From contig CAYFTS010000084.1 in the NCBI GenBank assembly GCA_964346135.1, positions 1 through 43,650 on the forward strand: a DNA stretch of 43,650 bases, read 5' to 3'. Below the pieces are notes generated by a model. It was given only the letters and a program-made list of their open reading frames with translations. It was not told the origin of the DNA and searched no databases. Made by a program: the position numbers and the translations under genes. The first letter of the stretch is position 1, and every line of letters begins with the position of its first letter. The stretch is from an uncultured Candidatus Bathyarchaeia archaeon (GTDB taxonomy: Archaea; Thermoproteota; Bathyarchaeia; Bathyarchaeales; Bathyarchaeaceae). Shown here piece by piece: positions 25,338 to 35,009 of the stretch.

Positions 25338-26012
25338 CTATTTTTCCTCCTTTTCTATACATGCTCCACATGAGTCTAGAGTACACATGACTTGACCATA
25401 CTTTTCAGAACATTGTGGGGTGAAGACAAGACAAGAGTTGCAAAGTTCTCCTGGAGACTTAATCCCACGGCACTGCAGTTCTACTAAAGGGCAAATATAC
25501 ATGCAGGCTCCGCAGTTTCGGCATATTTCACTGGCCATATGGAAGGGAGTGACCACCTCTCTATTTTGACCTCTACCCACAAAACCTATGGCTCCACTTC
25601 CCATCTGTTCAGCACACATCCTTACACATAATCCGCATAGAATGCAGTCTTTATTCTCCATCTTGAACCTAACTTTCTCCAATCCCATTTTGGAAGCTAA
25701 ATCTTGCAGGGTCTTCGAGTTGGGGCATCTAGCAAGCAATAATTCTAATATCAGTTTTCGCCCCTTCATCACTCTCTCCGTATGTGTTTTCACCTTTATC
25801 CCCTCTCTAACGGGGTAAAGGCAGGAAGCTACCAGTCTTGTTCTTCTTCCGTCATCAACCTCTACCATACACAAACGGCAAGCACCATAAGGGGTCAACT
25901 CATCATGGTAGCATAGGGTTGGAATGTCAATCCCGTAGAATCTGGCAACTTCAAGTAGAGTAGAGCCTTCTTCTGCTTGGACTTTTACTCCATTCATAGT
26001 AAGGATCACCAT
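25338..26012 (-). CDS. 2Fe-2S plus 4Fe-4S ferredoxin subunit (NuoG/HydA N-terminal-like)
   Basis: A plant-type 2Fe-2S motif (CYHDELTPYGACRLCMVEV) followed by CILCGLCVRMC and CRNCGACMYICP. At 224 aa it stops before any catalytic domain. Confidence 0.85.
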   Translation of the reverse strand: MVILTMNGVKVQAEEGSTLLEVARFYGIDIPTLCYHDELTPYGACRLCMVEVDDGRRTRLVASCLYPVREGIKVKTHTERVMKGRKLILELLLARCPNSKTLQDLASKMGLEKVRFKMENKDCILCGLCVRMCAEQMGSGAIGFVGRGQNREVVTPFHMASEICRNCGACMYICPLVELQCRGIKSPGELCNSCLVFTPQCSEKYGQVMCTLDSCGACIEKEEK

Positions 26013-26023
26013 CCAATCACTTC

Positions 26024-27874
26024 CTATTTGACCATTATCGCTTCAAATGAGCAAGCATCTCGACAGATGCCACATCTAACACATTTAGCGGGATCAATTG
26101 TGTGAATTAGACCATATGCATTGATGGCCTGTTGAGGACAAAGTTTCAAACAGGCACCACATCCTGTGCACTTATCTTCAAGGATGAAATACTCGATCAG
26201 ATCTTTGCAAATGCCTGCAGGGCACTTTTTATCTGTCACATGCGCTTCATATTCTTCTCTGAAATACCTGAGAGTTGACAAAACAGTATTCGGTGCGGTT
26301 TTGCCTAGGCCGCAAAGAGAAAAGTCTTTTATCGTCTCTGCCAGTTCTTGAAGAAGATCCAGATCTTCTTTCTTCCCTCGACCCGCTGTTATATCGGTTA
26401 TGATCTCAAGCATTCTTTTAATTCCTTCACGGCATGGAACACATTTACCGCAAGATTCATACTGTAAAAAGTCGAGGAAGTATCGAGCCACGTCAACCAT
26501 ACACGTATTTTCATCCATCACTATCATACCGCCGGAACCCATCATTGAGCCGGCTTCAGTTAATTTATCAAAGTCCACGGAGAGGTCGAGCAGTTCTTCT
26601 GGTATACAGCCACCCGAAGGACCACCAGTCTGAACAGCCTTGAACTTTTTGCCTTCAAGTATTCCTCCACCTATGTCGTAAATGATTCCTTTGAGCGGGG
26701 TTCCCATTGGAACTTCAACGAGCCCAGTATTGTTTACTTTTCCAACGAGAGAGAAAATTGCTGTTCCTTTGCTCTTCTCGGTCCCGATTTTTGCATACCA
26801 ATCTGCGTCGTTATTGATAATTAGGGGAACGCTGGCCCAAGTCTTAACGTTATTCAGATTGGTCGGTTTGTTCCATAATCCCCGTTCGACCGTATGAATG
26901 TACTTTGATCTTGGTTCGCCCATTTTGCCTTCTATGGAAGCGACCAACGCAGATGATTCACCACATACGAACGCACCTCCGCCTTGATTTATTTTGATGT
27001 CAAAGTCGAACCCAGAATTGAATATGTTGCTTCCGAGGAAGCCGTATTCTCTAGCTTGATCTATCGCTATCTGGAGGTGTTTTAATGCTAGAGGATACTC
27101 AGCGCGAACGTATAAGTAACCTTGGTTCGATCCTATCGCATATGCTCCTATAATCATTCCTTCTAGAATGCTGTGAGGATTTGCTTCCATGAGGCTCCTA
27201 TCACTGAAAGCCCCGGGGTCGCCCTCATCGCCATTTCCAATTACGAACTTAACGTCCCCTGCGGCTTTACGACATAGCCTCCATTTTCTTCCAGTTGGGA
27301 ACCCAGCTCCACCAAGACCTCGCAGTCCAGATTTTTCAACGGTATCGATTATTTCGTCGCAAGACATAGTTGTAATAGCTTTCGCGAGAGCTTGATAGCC
27401 ACCAACAGCGACGTAGTCAAGTATGTTTGTGGGGTCAATTCGTCCATTGTTGGCAAGAATATGTCTTCTCTGTTTTTCGTAAAAAGGCACTTCATGTTCA
27501 TATAACACTTTTTGACCCGTCGTTGGATCTACATAGAGAAGACGGTCAACGATCTCTCCATTTAGCAAGGTTTTCGAAACGATTTCAGAAACATCACGTA
27601 GTTTCACTCTCTGATAGAAGATTTCTTTTGGTCCTATTACAACGACAGGACCCCTTTCGCAGAAGCCATGACAACCAGTTTGCTTGGTGCCTATCGGAAT
27701 TTCTAGATTCTGCTTCTTAATTTCATTCCTGAAAGCTTCAGCAACAACTACGCTGCCACGTGCCCGACAACCAGTTCCAATACATACTCTCACACATGGC
27801 TTGTTGGAATCTCTTCGCCGCAACAACGAGTTTTGTAGAGCCTCCAACTCTTGAGGAGTTTTAATCTTTTTCAT
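26024..27874 (-). CDS. NuoF/HydB-like NAD(P)H-binding flavoprotein subunit
   Basis: N-terminal thioredoxin-like 2Fe-2S ([11 protein letters not shown]...[10 protein letters not shown]), [29 protein letters not shown] and two C-terminal CxxCxxCxxxC motifs. ATG 27874 overlaps the NuoE-like stop by 14 nt. Confidence 0.9.
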   Translation of the reverse strand: MKKIKTPQELEALQNSLLRRRDSNKPCVRVCIGTGCRARGSVVVAEAFRNEIKKQNLEIPIGTKQTGCHGFCERGPVVVIGPKEIFYQRVKLRDVSEIVSKTLLNGEIVDRLLYVDPTTGQKVLYEHEVPFYEKQRRHILANNGRIDPTNILDYVAVGGYQALAKAITTMSCDEIIDTVEKSGLRGLGGAGFPTGRKWRLCRKAAGDVKFVIGNGDEGDPGAFSDRSLMEANPHSILEGMIIGAYAIGSNQGYLYVRAEYPLALKHLQIAIDQAREYGFLGSNIFNSGFDFDIKINQGGGAFVCGESSALVASIEGKMGEPRSKYIHTVERGLWNKPTNLNNVKTWASVPLIINNDADWYAKIGTEKSKGTAIFSLVGKVNNTGLVEVPMGTPLKGIIYDIGGGILEGKKFKAVQTGGPSGGCIPEELLDLSVDFDKLTEAGSMMGSGGMIVMDENTCMVDVARYFLDFLQYESCGKCVPCREGIKRMLEIITDITAGRGKKEDLDLLQELAETIKDFSLCGLGKTAPNTVLSTLRYFREEYEAHVTDKKCPAGICKDLIEYFILEDKCTGCGACLKLCPQQAINAYGLIHTIDPAKCVRCGICRDACSFEAIMVK

Positions 27875-28352
27875 TTTTACTATACACTCGCACACGCTTT
27901 AATGCACCGCGAACTTTCGTTGGCGTCATTTTGTCAAAATAGCGTTCACCGGAGACCATAACTGGTGCTAACGCACATGCACCGAGACAGCGGACCGATT
28001 GGAGACTAAACGTTAGATCAGGCGTTGTCTCGCCGTCTTTTATGCCTAGCTCTCTTTCCAAAGCCTCAAGAACCCGTGCTGAACCTCTTAGGTAGCAAGC
28101 AGTTCCAACACAGACACGAATCAAGTGCTTGCCACGAGGCGTCAGGTGAAATGCATCGTAGAAGGAAGCTACACCGTAGACCTGAATCATAGGAACATCA
28201 AGCTTTTCAGATACGTGTCTCAATGCCCAAGCCGGCAGATAACCATACGAATTCTCAATCTCTTGTAATACTGCGATTAAAGCTGACTTTTCACAGGAAT
28301 AACTCTCGATAATCTTGTCGACCTTGCTGTACTCATGAGCACTTGCCGCCAA
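27861..28352 (-). CDS. NuoE/HydC-like 2Fe-2S subunit
   Basis: [11 protein letters not shown]...CLGACALAP is the thioredoxin-like 2Fe-2S signature. The 163-aa length fits. Confidence 0.9.
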   Translation of the reverse strand: MAASAHEYSKVDKIIESYSCEKSALIAVLQEIENSYGYLPAWALRHVSEKLDVPMIQVYGVASFYDAFHLTPRGKHLIRVCVGTACYLRGSARVLEALERELGIKDGETTPDLTFSLQSVRCLGACALAPVMVSGERYFDKMTPTKVRGALKRVRVYSKNEKD

Positions 28353-28410
28353 ATTTCATAGCACCCCACAAGTCAATTATCTGCTCCCTGTGTCACTAGA
28401 AGTGAAAATT

Positions 28411-28746
28411 TCATGAAGGCTTGGAGTCTGAACTTCTGCTAACCGTTTTTATACCTTTGAAGCTTAACGGCATCGTTTCGGAAATCTCCTCGGTCAGCGT
28501 TATTTCATATACGTCTTTTGAGCCGCAATCTTGGCATTCCAAGGGTCTAAACCTGCATGTTTGACAATTTTCTGATTCCATACCGATTCGAAGACAAAAA
28601 TCCTCGGACCCCTCCTTTTGCCCAACAATCAATCCAACGAACTCAATCCATGTGCTCCCACAATGAGCACAAGCGACTCTCTTCTTACTCAACTCTCCTG
28701 TATTCTCTCGATTTTCGATTTCTTTAACGATCTCTGTTATTTCCAA
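28411..28746 (-). CDS. Cys-rich zinc-finger-like protein, unknown function
   Basis: 111 aa with CAHCGS, CQTC and CQDCGS pairs. It lies 58 nt upstream of, and co-oriented with, the NuoE-like gene. Confidence 0.55.
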   Translation of the reverse strand: MEITEIVKEIENRENTGELSKKRVACAHCGSTWIEFVGLIVGQKEGSEDFCLRIGMESENCQTCRFRPLECQDCGSKDVYEITLTEEISETMPLSFKGIKTVSRSSDSKPS

Positions 28747-28965
28747 GTAACATCACACAATGTAAGCATATGGAGCACGTATTTAAGGATTTTGTTTGTT
28801 CTATGCCATCTAATATAGACATTATAAGCATAAATCTCACTTTACTCTTATAATGTGGAAATTGGAAATGAAACTTTCACGTATATCCGACATCGTAAGA
28901 TTTTTCGTCGAGAATAGCATAATTTAAAAATTCTGAACGCATAATTTTCTAGTGAGGGTTGAAGC

Positions 28966-29442
28966 GTGTCCCCTAGGAGTAAAATTGACAAAATTGACGT
29001 AACCACTATAAGGGTTCTACAAAAAGACGCACGTGCCGATTTTGCGGGCATCGCAAGGGATTGTGATGTATCAACGGACACGATAAGCAAAAGATTCAGA
29101 AGAATGAAGAAAGCTGGCGTTATCAGGGGGACGACAATATTGTTGAACCCGAAAAGTTTCGGCTATGACTGCGTTGCAAACCTAGGCATTGACGTCAGCT
29201 ATCCACGCTTGAGAGACGTTATTGAATCATTACGGAAGATGCCTGAAATAATCTTCTGTGCCACATCCATGGGTAAATATGACATATTTTGTATCGTAAT
29301 TACTGAGAACGTTGGACGGCTTAGCCAAGTAAAAGATTTGATAAAGGGACATCCTGCAGTCAAAGATGTCACGACGAGCATTTGGGTAGATGACATTTTG
29401 CTATGTCCTTCGAATTTCGAATTTAAACATCTCGAAAGGTAG
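28966..29442 (+). CDS. Lrp/AsnC-family transcriptional regulator
   Basis: An N-terminal HTH (IDVTTIRVLQKDARADFAGIARDCDVSTDTISKRFRRMKKAGVI) plus a C-terminal RAM-type domain. GTG start. Confidence 0.85.
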   Translation: MSPRSKIDKIDVTTIRVLQKDARADFAGIARDCDVSTDTISKRFRRMKKAGVIRGTTILLNPKSFGYDCVANLGIDVSYPRLRDVIESLRKMPEIIFCATSMGKYDIFCIVITENVGRLSQVKDLIKGHPAVKDVTTSIWVDDILLCPSNFEFKHLER

Positions 29443-29444
29443 TG

Positions 29445-29924
29445 ATGGAGATGGATAAAACTGATTTGTTAATAATCGAAAAAATGACAAAAGATGCTCG
29501 CATATCTTTTAGAAAAATTGCGAGAGAACTCGAAGTCTCACCAGATACTATAATCCATAGATATAAAACGCTACAAGAAAAAGGTGTAATCCGTGGATCC
29601 ACTGTTGTAATCGATCCGAAAAAAATTGGCTACCATGGCATGGCTGCATTCATGATAGATGTCTCACCAACACACATCTCGGCAATCGAGCCTACTCCAA
29701 CTGAATCATCATCAATCTTGGAAAAGTTAATTCAAATGCCTAACATCATCATTGCCACAAAGACTGTAGGAGACCACGATCTATTAGCCATCAGCGTAGT
29801 CAGAGATTTCGAACATTTGATTAAGATAGGCGATGATATAGCGAGAATACCTGGAGTCAAGGACTTGCGAATGTCCTTTTGGATTGAAAAAGCAGAACTC
29901 TGTCCAAAGTATTTCATAATTTAA
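29445..29924 (+). CDS. Lrp/AsnC-family transcriptional regulator (tandem paralogue)
   Basis: The architecture matches the previous gene (DKTDLLIIEKMTKDARISFRKIARELEVSPDTIIHRYKTLQEKGVI). The start abuts the previous stop. Confidence 0.85.
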   Translation: MEMDKTDLLIIEKMTKDARISFRKIARELEVSPDTIIHRYKTLQEKGVIRGSTVVIDPKKIGYHGMAAFMIDVSPTHISAIEPTPTESSSILEKLIQMPNIIIATKTVGDHDLLAISVVRDFEHLIKIGDDIARIPGVKDLRMSFWIEKAELCPKYFII

Positions 29925-30087
29925 GCTCCAAATGTGAATTGTGTGCGCATGGCAAAGACATACATAAACTGGGAACAATTATACTATTCTTAGGTGCGTT
30001 GATTCTAGGGGGTGTGATTTTCCGACTGCGGGCTAAAGTGTTTAGTTTGTGGATTTACTAATAATTTGTTAAAGGGGACCTCGAAAA

Positions 30088-30101
30088 GAGAGATATCTCT
30101 C
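30088..30101. repeat. perfect 14-nt palindrome GAGAGATATCTCTC
   Basis: Read directly, in the 363-nt spacer between the Lrp pair and uppP. About 2-3 such 14-mers are expected by chance in a window this size. Confidence 0.8.
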
Positions 30102-30287
30102 AGGTACATCAATAATTAGACTACCCTTTTCCTGTACACGAATAAAACCCTAATATTATATCTATTTTATCAGATTGTAATGGTGTTTCATCATTAAAAT
30201 TATTAATGGAAAAGTGTTTTGTGAGAGGAAAAGATATTTTCATAAATCACTAAGCTCTGAGGGAGAAAAAAATAGAGGTTTTTACCT

Positions 30288-31070
30288 TTGATTATCAATA
30301 AAATAATTGAAACCGTAATTCTCGCCGTCGTTCAAGGCGTAACAGAATGGCTACCCATATCTAGTTCTGGACATTTAGTGATTGTGCAAGAGTGGCTGAT
30401 TCCAGAAGAACTTCCGTTAATCTTTAACGTAATGTTGCATGTGGGAACCTTAGGCGCTGTATTGTTAATGTTCTGGAGAGACATCGTAGAAATTCTCAGA
30501 GCACTGGTTAGGTTAGACTTCAAAACAGAGGAAGGAAAGCTAGCTTTATACATAGCTGTGGGAAGTGTGCCCGCCGCCTTCATAGGCTTGCTATTCCATG
30601 ACATTTTCGAATCTTTCTTCAATAATCTGTTCGCGGTTGGCATAGCCCTACTCATAACTGGCTCTTTCTTATACGTTTCCAAACGTAGAAAAAACAGTAA
30701 AGAATTAAGTTGGTTGGACTCGTTGCTGATCGGGATAGCACAAGGCGTCTCTATTATCCCTGGCATTTCTAGAAGCGGCGCCACCATAACCACTGGGTTG
30801 TGGAGAAAAGTGGGAAAAGAAAAAGCGTTTAGATACTCGTTTCTGCTGTCTATACCCGCAATAATCGGGGCAACTGCCATTGAATCAACGCGTGTAAACG
30901 TGGGCGACGTGGATGTGGCTGTTATGTTTCTCGGTGTCGTGATATCTATGATTGTAGGTTATGTGTCCTTGAAGTTCCTGTTAAAGGTGGTTTTGAAAGA
31001 GAAGTTTCATCTGTTTGCGTATTACTGCTGGACAGTCGGTGCGATAATCATTCTTTCTCAGGTTCTATAA
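30288..31070 (+). CDS. uppP: undecaprenyl/polyprenyl-diphosphate phosphatase
   Basis: VTEWLPISSSGH and SRSGATI motifs with eight TM helices, as in BacA/UppP. TTG start. Confidence 0.9.
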   Translation: MIINKIIETVILAVVQGVTEWLPISSSGHLVIVQEWLIPEELPLIFNVMLHVGTLGAVLLMFWRDIVEILRALVRLDFKTEEGKLALYIAVGSVPAAFIGLLFHDIFESFFNNLFAVGIALLITGSFLYVSKRRKNSKELSWLDSLLIGIAQGVSIIPGISRSGATITTGLWRKVGKEKAFRYSFLLSIPAIIGATAIESTRVNVGDVDVAVMFLGVVISMIVGYVSLKFLLKVVLKEKFHLFAYYCWTVGAIIILSQVL

Positions 31071-31168
31071 CCAGTTTGAAACAAATAAAAACTCTAAAAG
31101 CAGTGTAAACAGATAAGAGGACGAACGCGTTCAGTTGTTAGGATAGATTAGAAAGTGGAAGCTACGTT

Positions 31169-31795
31169 ATGTCAATTACTAAAAAGGCTCCAAGTGTTGT
31201 CTATTGGCTTGGAGATAAACTATGCTTAAACATAACCAACCGATGCTCCAGCGACTGTTACTACTGTTTTAGAAGATACAAAGATGGCATACGAGATTTC
31301 AACTTAAAACTGCTCAGAGAACCATCGGAAGAGGAGATTATTCAACAGCTAAAAGGAGTAATCAACAGACACCGTTGGAACGAAATTGTCTTCTGCGGGT
31401 TTGGAGAACCCACGCAAAGGCTAGACTGCATTTTAGAAGTTACGAGATGGATAAAGAAACATTTTGAAATGGCTGTTAGAATCGACACTAACGGTCATGG
31501 ATGTTTATTGAATCCGGAAAGAGATGTGATTAAAGAGTTGAAGGACGCTGGTGTAGACAGGATAAGTGTGAGTCTGAACGCCCATGACGCGGCGACGTAC
31601 GTTCAGGTGTGTAAGCCGCAGTTTGAAAACGCCTTTGAAAACGTTTTGAAGTTCATCGAAAAAGCAGGGAGAGAATTTGACACAGAAATCACCACCGTAG
31701 CCATACCGGAAGTTGACATTCAGAAAGTGAGAGAAATGGCAGGAAAAATGGGCGTGAAATTTAGAATAAGAGAGTATGTGCCTTGCTTCTGGTGA
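31169..31795 (+). CDS. small radical SAM protein (TatD-associated type by recollection)
   Basis: NITNRCSSDCYYC gives the CxxxCxxC cluster near the N-terminus, with GFGEPT following. 208 aa. Confidence 0.8.
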   Translation: MSITKKAPSVVYWLGDKLCLNITNRCSSDCYYCFRRYKDGIRDFNLKLLREPSEEEIIQQLKGVINRHRWNEIVFCGFGEPTQRLDCILEVTRWIKKHFEMAVRIDTNGHGCLLNPERDVIKELKDAGVDRISVSLNAHDAATYVQVCKPQFENAFENVLKFIEKAGREFDTEITTVAIPEVDIQKVREMAGKMGVKFRIREYVPCFW

Positions 31796-31850
31796 AGATT
31801 ACATTTGGTTTTAACTTTTTCGCGAGTGTATTATTTTTGCAGAAGTGTCG

Positions 31851-32273
31851 TCAGATTACATAATATCTTAGGTAGAAAGAGATTCCAGAAATTATTGCAA
31901 TGAGCCATAATGCCGCTGTGAGTCGCATCCACATTCGCACGGTTCCAAATTTCTTGAAAACAAATGTGATACCTATGCCCTCGGCTAAAATTCCGAAGAG
32001 CACATGGATAGACGTTAATGGGAAACCTATTGTGGAGGGCTCATTCAAAACTGCGGAGAAATTCGTCACAAAAGAGGGAAGCATTACCAGTAAAATTCCT
32101 ATAGCGTTCAAAACAACCATTACAGTCATAACTTTTTCATGTGTCTTAAGGCCCTTCTCCGTTTTCTCTTTGCCAAACTTGACTCCAACAATGAGGATAA
32201 TGAGGATAATTAATTGAAGTAGCAAATTCAAGTCGGACGCGAGCGATGCTTGAGTTCCTAAAATTCCAGACAT
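31851..32273 (-). CDS. four-helix membrane protein, unknown function
   Basis: 140-aa ORF with four evenly spaced hydrophobic helices. It may be DUF420-like, but I cannot confirm that. Confidence 0.55.
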   Translation of the reverse strand: MSGILGTQASLASDLNLLLQLIILIILIVGVKFGKEKTEKGLKTHEKVMTVMVVLNAIGILLVMLPSFVTNFSAVLNEPSTIGFPLTSIHVLFGILAEGIGITFVFKKFGTVRMWMRLTAALWLIAIISGISFYLRYYVI

Positions 32274-32337
32274 GACTTAAAAATAGACAGCATTTGTTTA
32301 TAAAATATTTCATAACTAAAACAGCCCAGTCAAAAAA

Positions 32338-33270
32338 TTGAAAACTCTTAAAAACGTTCAAACACTACAAGTCTCTAAAGAACAACACAAGGAATTTTTT
32401 TCGATGCCATCAAACTCACCATTAACTATAAGACATGATTCTGAATTCTCAAATATCGATAAGTGTACGATTCTCCTTTCAGATTCTTTGGCCCTTAGGA
32501 TTTATTCAGACACGAAACCGCACAACTCACACATAGCTGATTTGCAAAAGGGCTTAATTTTGGTTCAAAAGGGAGTAGAAACGGTTGGGGAAGGAACGGG
32601 ATTCGGAGTTCCCGTTCTGCTGTATTCGGATGAAACCTATTTTTCAGGATCGTCTCACGTTTACCTATCTCGACAAAAGGATTTCAAAATTATTCGTAAA
32701 GAATTCTTTATGGATATGATTCAGAGAAAGATAATTAGAAAAGCCACATTGGAAAATCGAAAACTGCGCGCCGTACTAAGGTATCTGGCTGAAACCTATC
32801 AGAAGCACAGACACTTCCGACTTCTCATGCTGAAAAGCCTATCAAAGAGCATGGATATTCACACCAGTTTTGTAAAAACTCCTCCAGCAGGCAAGGTGAT
32901 TGTGATTTATGGCATAACTCAAGGTCACATCCAAGTGAAAACAGATTTCAACCTTCTGAGGAGAGAGAATCTTCAAAAGATTTTTGTGTTAAATGAACAA
33001 GGTTCAAGGTTTTTCAGAAGATACGTGGATTCAAACGGCACGAAATTGGTTGATAAACAAATCGGCGCTTGGGAGACAATTGAAACTGGATGGGCAAGCA
33101 TAACGGATCTACAAGGCAGAGTTGGCTTCCGTTTATGGAAGGCAAAGAACACCACATTACGTAGAGGCAGAGAGTTTCTAAAGAATTATAGAGACTGGAT
33201 TGGGCTAGACTACGAAATCAACCCGAAAAACGCTGTCTTTGAATACGAAATTGAAATTTTGGGGGCATAA
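32338..33270 (+). CDS. hypothetical soluble protein, no recognisable domain
   Basis: 310-aa ORF with a TTG start (an internal ATG exists at codon 23). It ends 9 nt before the B12-radical SAM gene, so the two are probably co-transcribed. Confidence 0.6.
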   Translation: MKTLKNVQTLQVSKEQHKEFFSMPSNSPLTIRHDSEFSNIDKCTILLSDSLALRIYSDTKPHNSHIADLQKGLILVQKGVETVGEGTGFGVPVLLYSDETYFSGSSHVYLSRQKDFKIIRKEFFMDMIQRKIIRKATLENRKLRAVLRYLAETYQKHRHFRLLMLKSLSKSMDIHTSFVKTPPAGKVIVIYGITQGHIQVKTDFNLLRRENLQKIFVLNEQGSRFFRRYVDSNGTKLVDKQIGAWETIETGWASITDLQGRVGFRLWKAKNTTLRRGREFLKNYRDWIGLDYEINPKNAVFEYEIEILGA

Positions 33271-33279
33271 CCAGCTGAA

Positions 33280-34638
33280 ATGACAACTGTGACACTGGTT
33301 TACCCCTATTTTCAGCCTTTTAACGACAAGTCAATTTTTAGGTTTCAACCATTAGGATTGGGCTACATAGCTGCCTACCTGAAACAGAACAACATCTCAG
33401 TTGGCTTAGTAGATTGCACTTTCCTCAGCCAACAAGAAGCGCTAGAAAAAGCTAGGCGTTCAGACCCAAAAATAATTGGAATTTACTCAATGTTTTCAAT
33501 GAAAAACAAAACCATGCAAATCGCTAAACTCCTTAAAGAAAACTGCGACCTGCTTGTTGCTGGAGGCCCACTGCCTACATTGAACCCAGAGGATTTTCTT
33601 CAAGACTTTGATATCGTCGTTACTGGCGAAGGGGAAGAAACAATGCTTGAACTCGTCCGTGAAGTGGAGAAAGACGCCGATTTATCAAGTGTAAGAGGAA
33701 TCGCCTACAAAGAGAAAAACAAAATGAAACTTACTCCTCCAAGAGAATTAATTCAAAACTTGGACAGTATACCGTTTCCTGCTAGAGAATTGTTTGACAA
33801 CCAAACTTACAAGGATCATTTTTTAAGAAAATTTGGTTACACAATTACATCGCTGATAACATCTAGAGGCTGTCCCTTCAACTGCGACTTCTGCAGCCAA
33901 CCGATCTTTGGCAATAAGTTCAGAACCAGGTCAGCAACGAATATTGTAGACGAGATAGAAACGGTGCATGCACTTGGATACGAGAGAATATGGTTCGCTG
34001 ACGACTGTTTCACTTTAAGCCGTAAAAGACTCATTGATATATGCAACGAAATCATTAAACGACGCATAAAAATCGATTGGGAATGCTTGTCAAGAGTGGA
34101 CACAGTAGACGGAGAAATAACAGAGAAGATGAAGCAGGCTGGATGTGTACGCGTGTTTTTCGGCATAGAATCTGGAAACGACTCAATTCTGGCTTTGATG
34201 AATAAACAAGTAACAACCAAACAGGCCAAAGAAGCGGTGCACGTGACTAAACAGTCTGGAATTCAAGTTGGCGCCTTTTTCATCCTTGGTTATCCTGGCG
34301 AAACCGACGAGACTGTTTTAGACACGGTGAGGTTTTCGTCTTCGCTTCCTTTAGATTATCTTTCTTTTACTTTTCCCTATCCTATTTCTGGAACACGTCT
34401 CTATGAAAGAATGAAAGACAAAATGATAGTTGACAACTGGGAAGAACCTAAACACTTACGCCTAACAGAGCATAAACTGCTGTATCGCTCATCATTTTCT
34501 GAAGCTAAACTTACATTTGCCATGCTGAAAGCTACTGTGCAGTTTAGGTTGAAGAGATATTTGGGAACTCGCATCTATAACTTGATAGTTCTTCCCTTTG
34601 AACGTCTGACAGACTTTGCGTTCAAACTTATGCGTTGA
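33280..34638 (+). CDS. B12-binding-domain radical SAM protein (class B)
   Basis: An N-terminal Rossmann-like cobalamin domain (VGLVDCTFL..., VVTGEGEE), then SRGCPFNCDFC (CxxxCxxC) and GIESG. Confidence 0.85.
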   Translation: MTTVTLVYPYFQPFNDKSIFRFQPLGLGYIAAYLKQNNISVGLVDCTFLSQQEALEKARRSDPKIIGIYSMFSMKNKTMQIAKLLKENCDLLVAGGPLPTLNPEDFLQDFDIVVTGEGEETMLELVREVEKDADLSSVRGIAYKEKNKMKLTPPRELIQNLDSIPFPARELFDNQTYKDHFLRKFGYTITSLITSRGCPFNCDFCSQPIFGNKFRTRSATNIVDEIETVHALGYERIWFADDCFTLSRKRLIDICNEIIKRRIKIDWECLSRVDTVDGEITEKMKQAGCVRVFFGIESGNDSILALMNKQVTTKQAKEAVHVTKQSGIQVGAFFILGYPGETDETVLDTVRFSSSLPLDYLSFTFPYPISGTRLYERMKDKMIVDNWEEPKHLRLTEHKLLYRSSFSEAKLTFAMLKATVQFRLKRYLGTRIYNLIVLPFERLTDFAFKLMR

Positions 34639-34702
34639 TTTTCAGCCAGCTACTCCCCGCGCGAAATGAAAGATTCCTTGACACAGAATATAGTTTCACT
34701 TA

Positions 34703-34963
34703 TTAACCAGTTTTTTGTTGCTTCTCCGTGCCTCGAGTGCAGAAATACTCTGTTGTAAAGTTCATTTTTTCATAGACGGGACAGGAGGGGCAAATGCACC
34801 CTACATCATCCTTTATCTTCTTACTTTTCCCTCTTGTTGCAAAACAGTAAGCGATGTAGTCGTCCGCCACCCCAAGTGCCAAGTATGTCGGACAACCTTC
34901 ACAGATACACATGGACTCAACTTCCTTTAACATCTTTTCCATCGATTCAGGACGCGCTTCCAT
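34703..34963 (-). CDS. small Cys-rich protein (DUF2769-like)
   Basis: 86 aa with CICEGCPTY, YCF, CICPSCPVY and FCTRG motifs. Confidence 0.6.
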   Translation of the reverse strand: MEARPESMEKMLKEVESMCICEGCPTYLALGVADDYIAYCFATRGKSKKIKDDVGCICPSCPVYEKMNFTTEYFCTRGTEKQQKTG

Positions 34964-35009
34964 ACCTATTAGACCTCCATTAATTCATACAAACCATTAG
35001 CTTAATAGC

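Noticed and set aside
30101-30195. A C/D-box sRNA candidate on the minus strand (ATGATGA at 30189-30195, CTGA at 30170-30173 and 30101-30104).
   Set aside because: The box spacing is wrong: D' is 15 nt from C, the terminal D is about 90 nt away, and there is no proper C' or guide spacing or terminal stem. A weaker candidate at 10429-10485 fails in a similar way.
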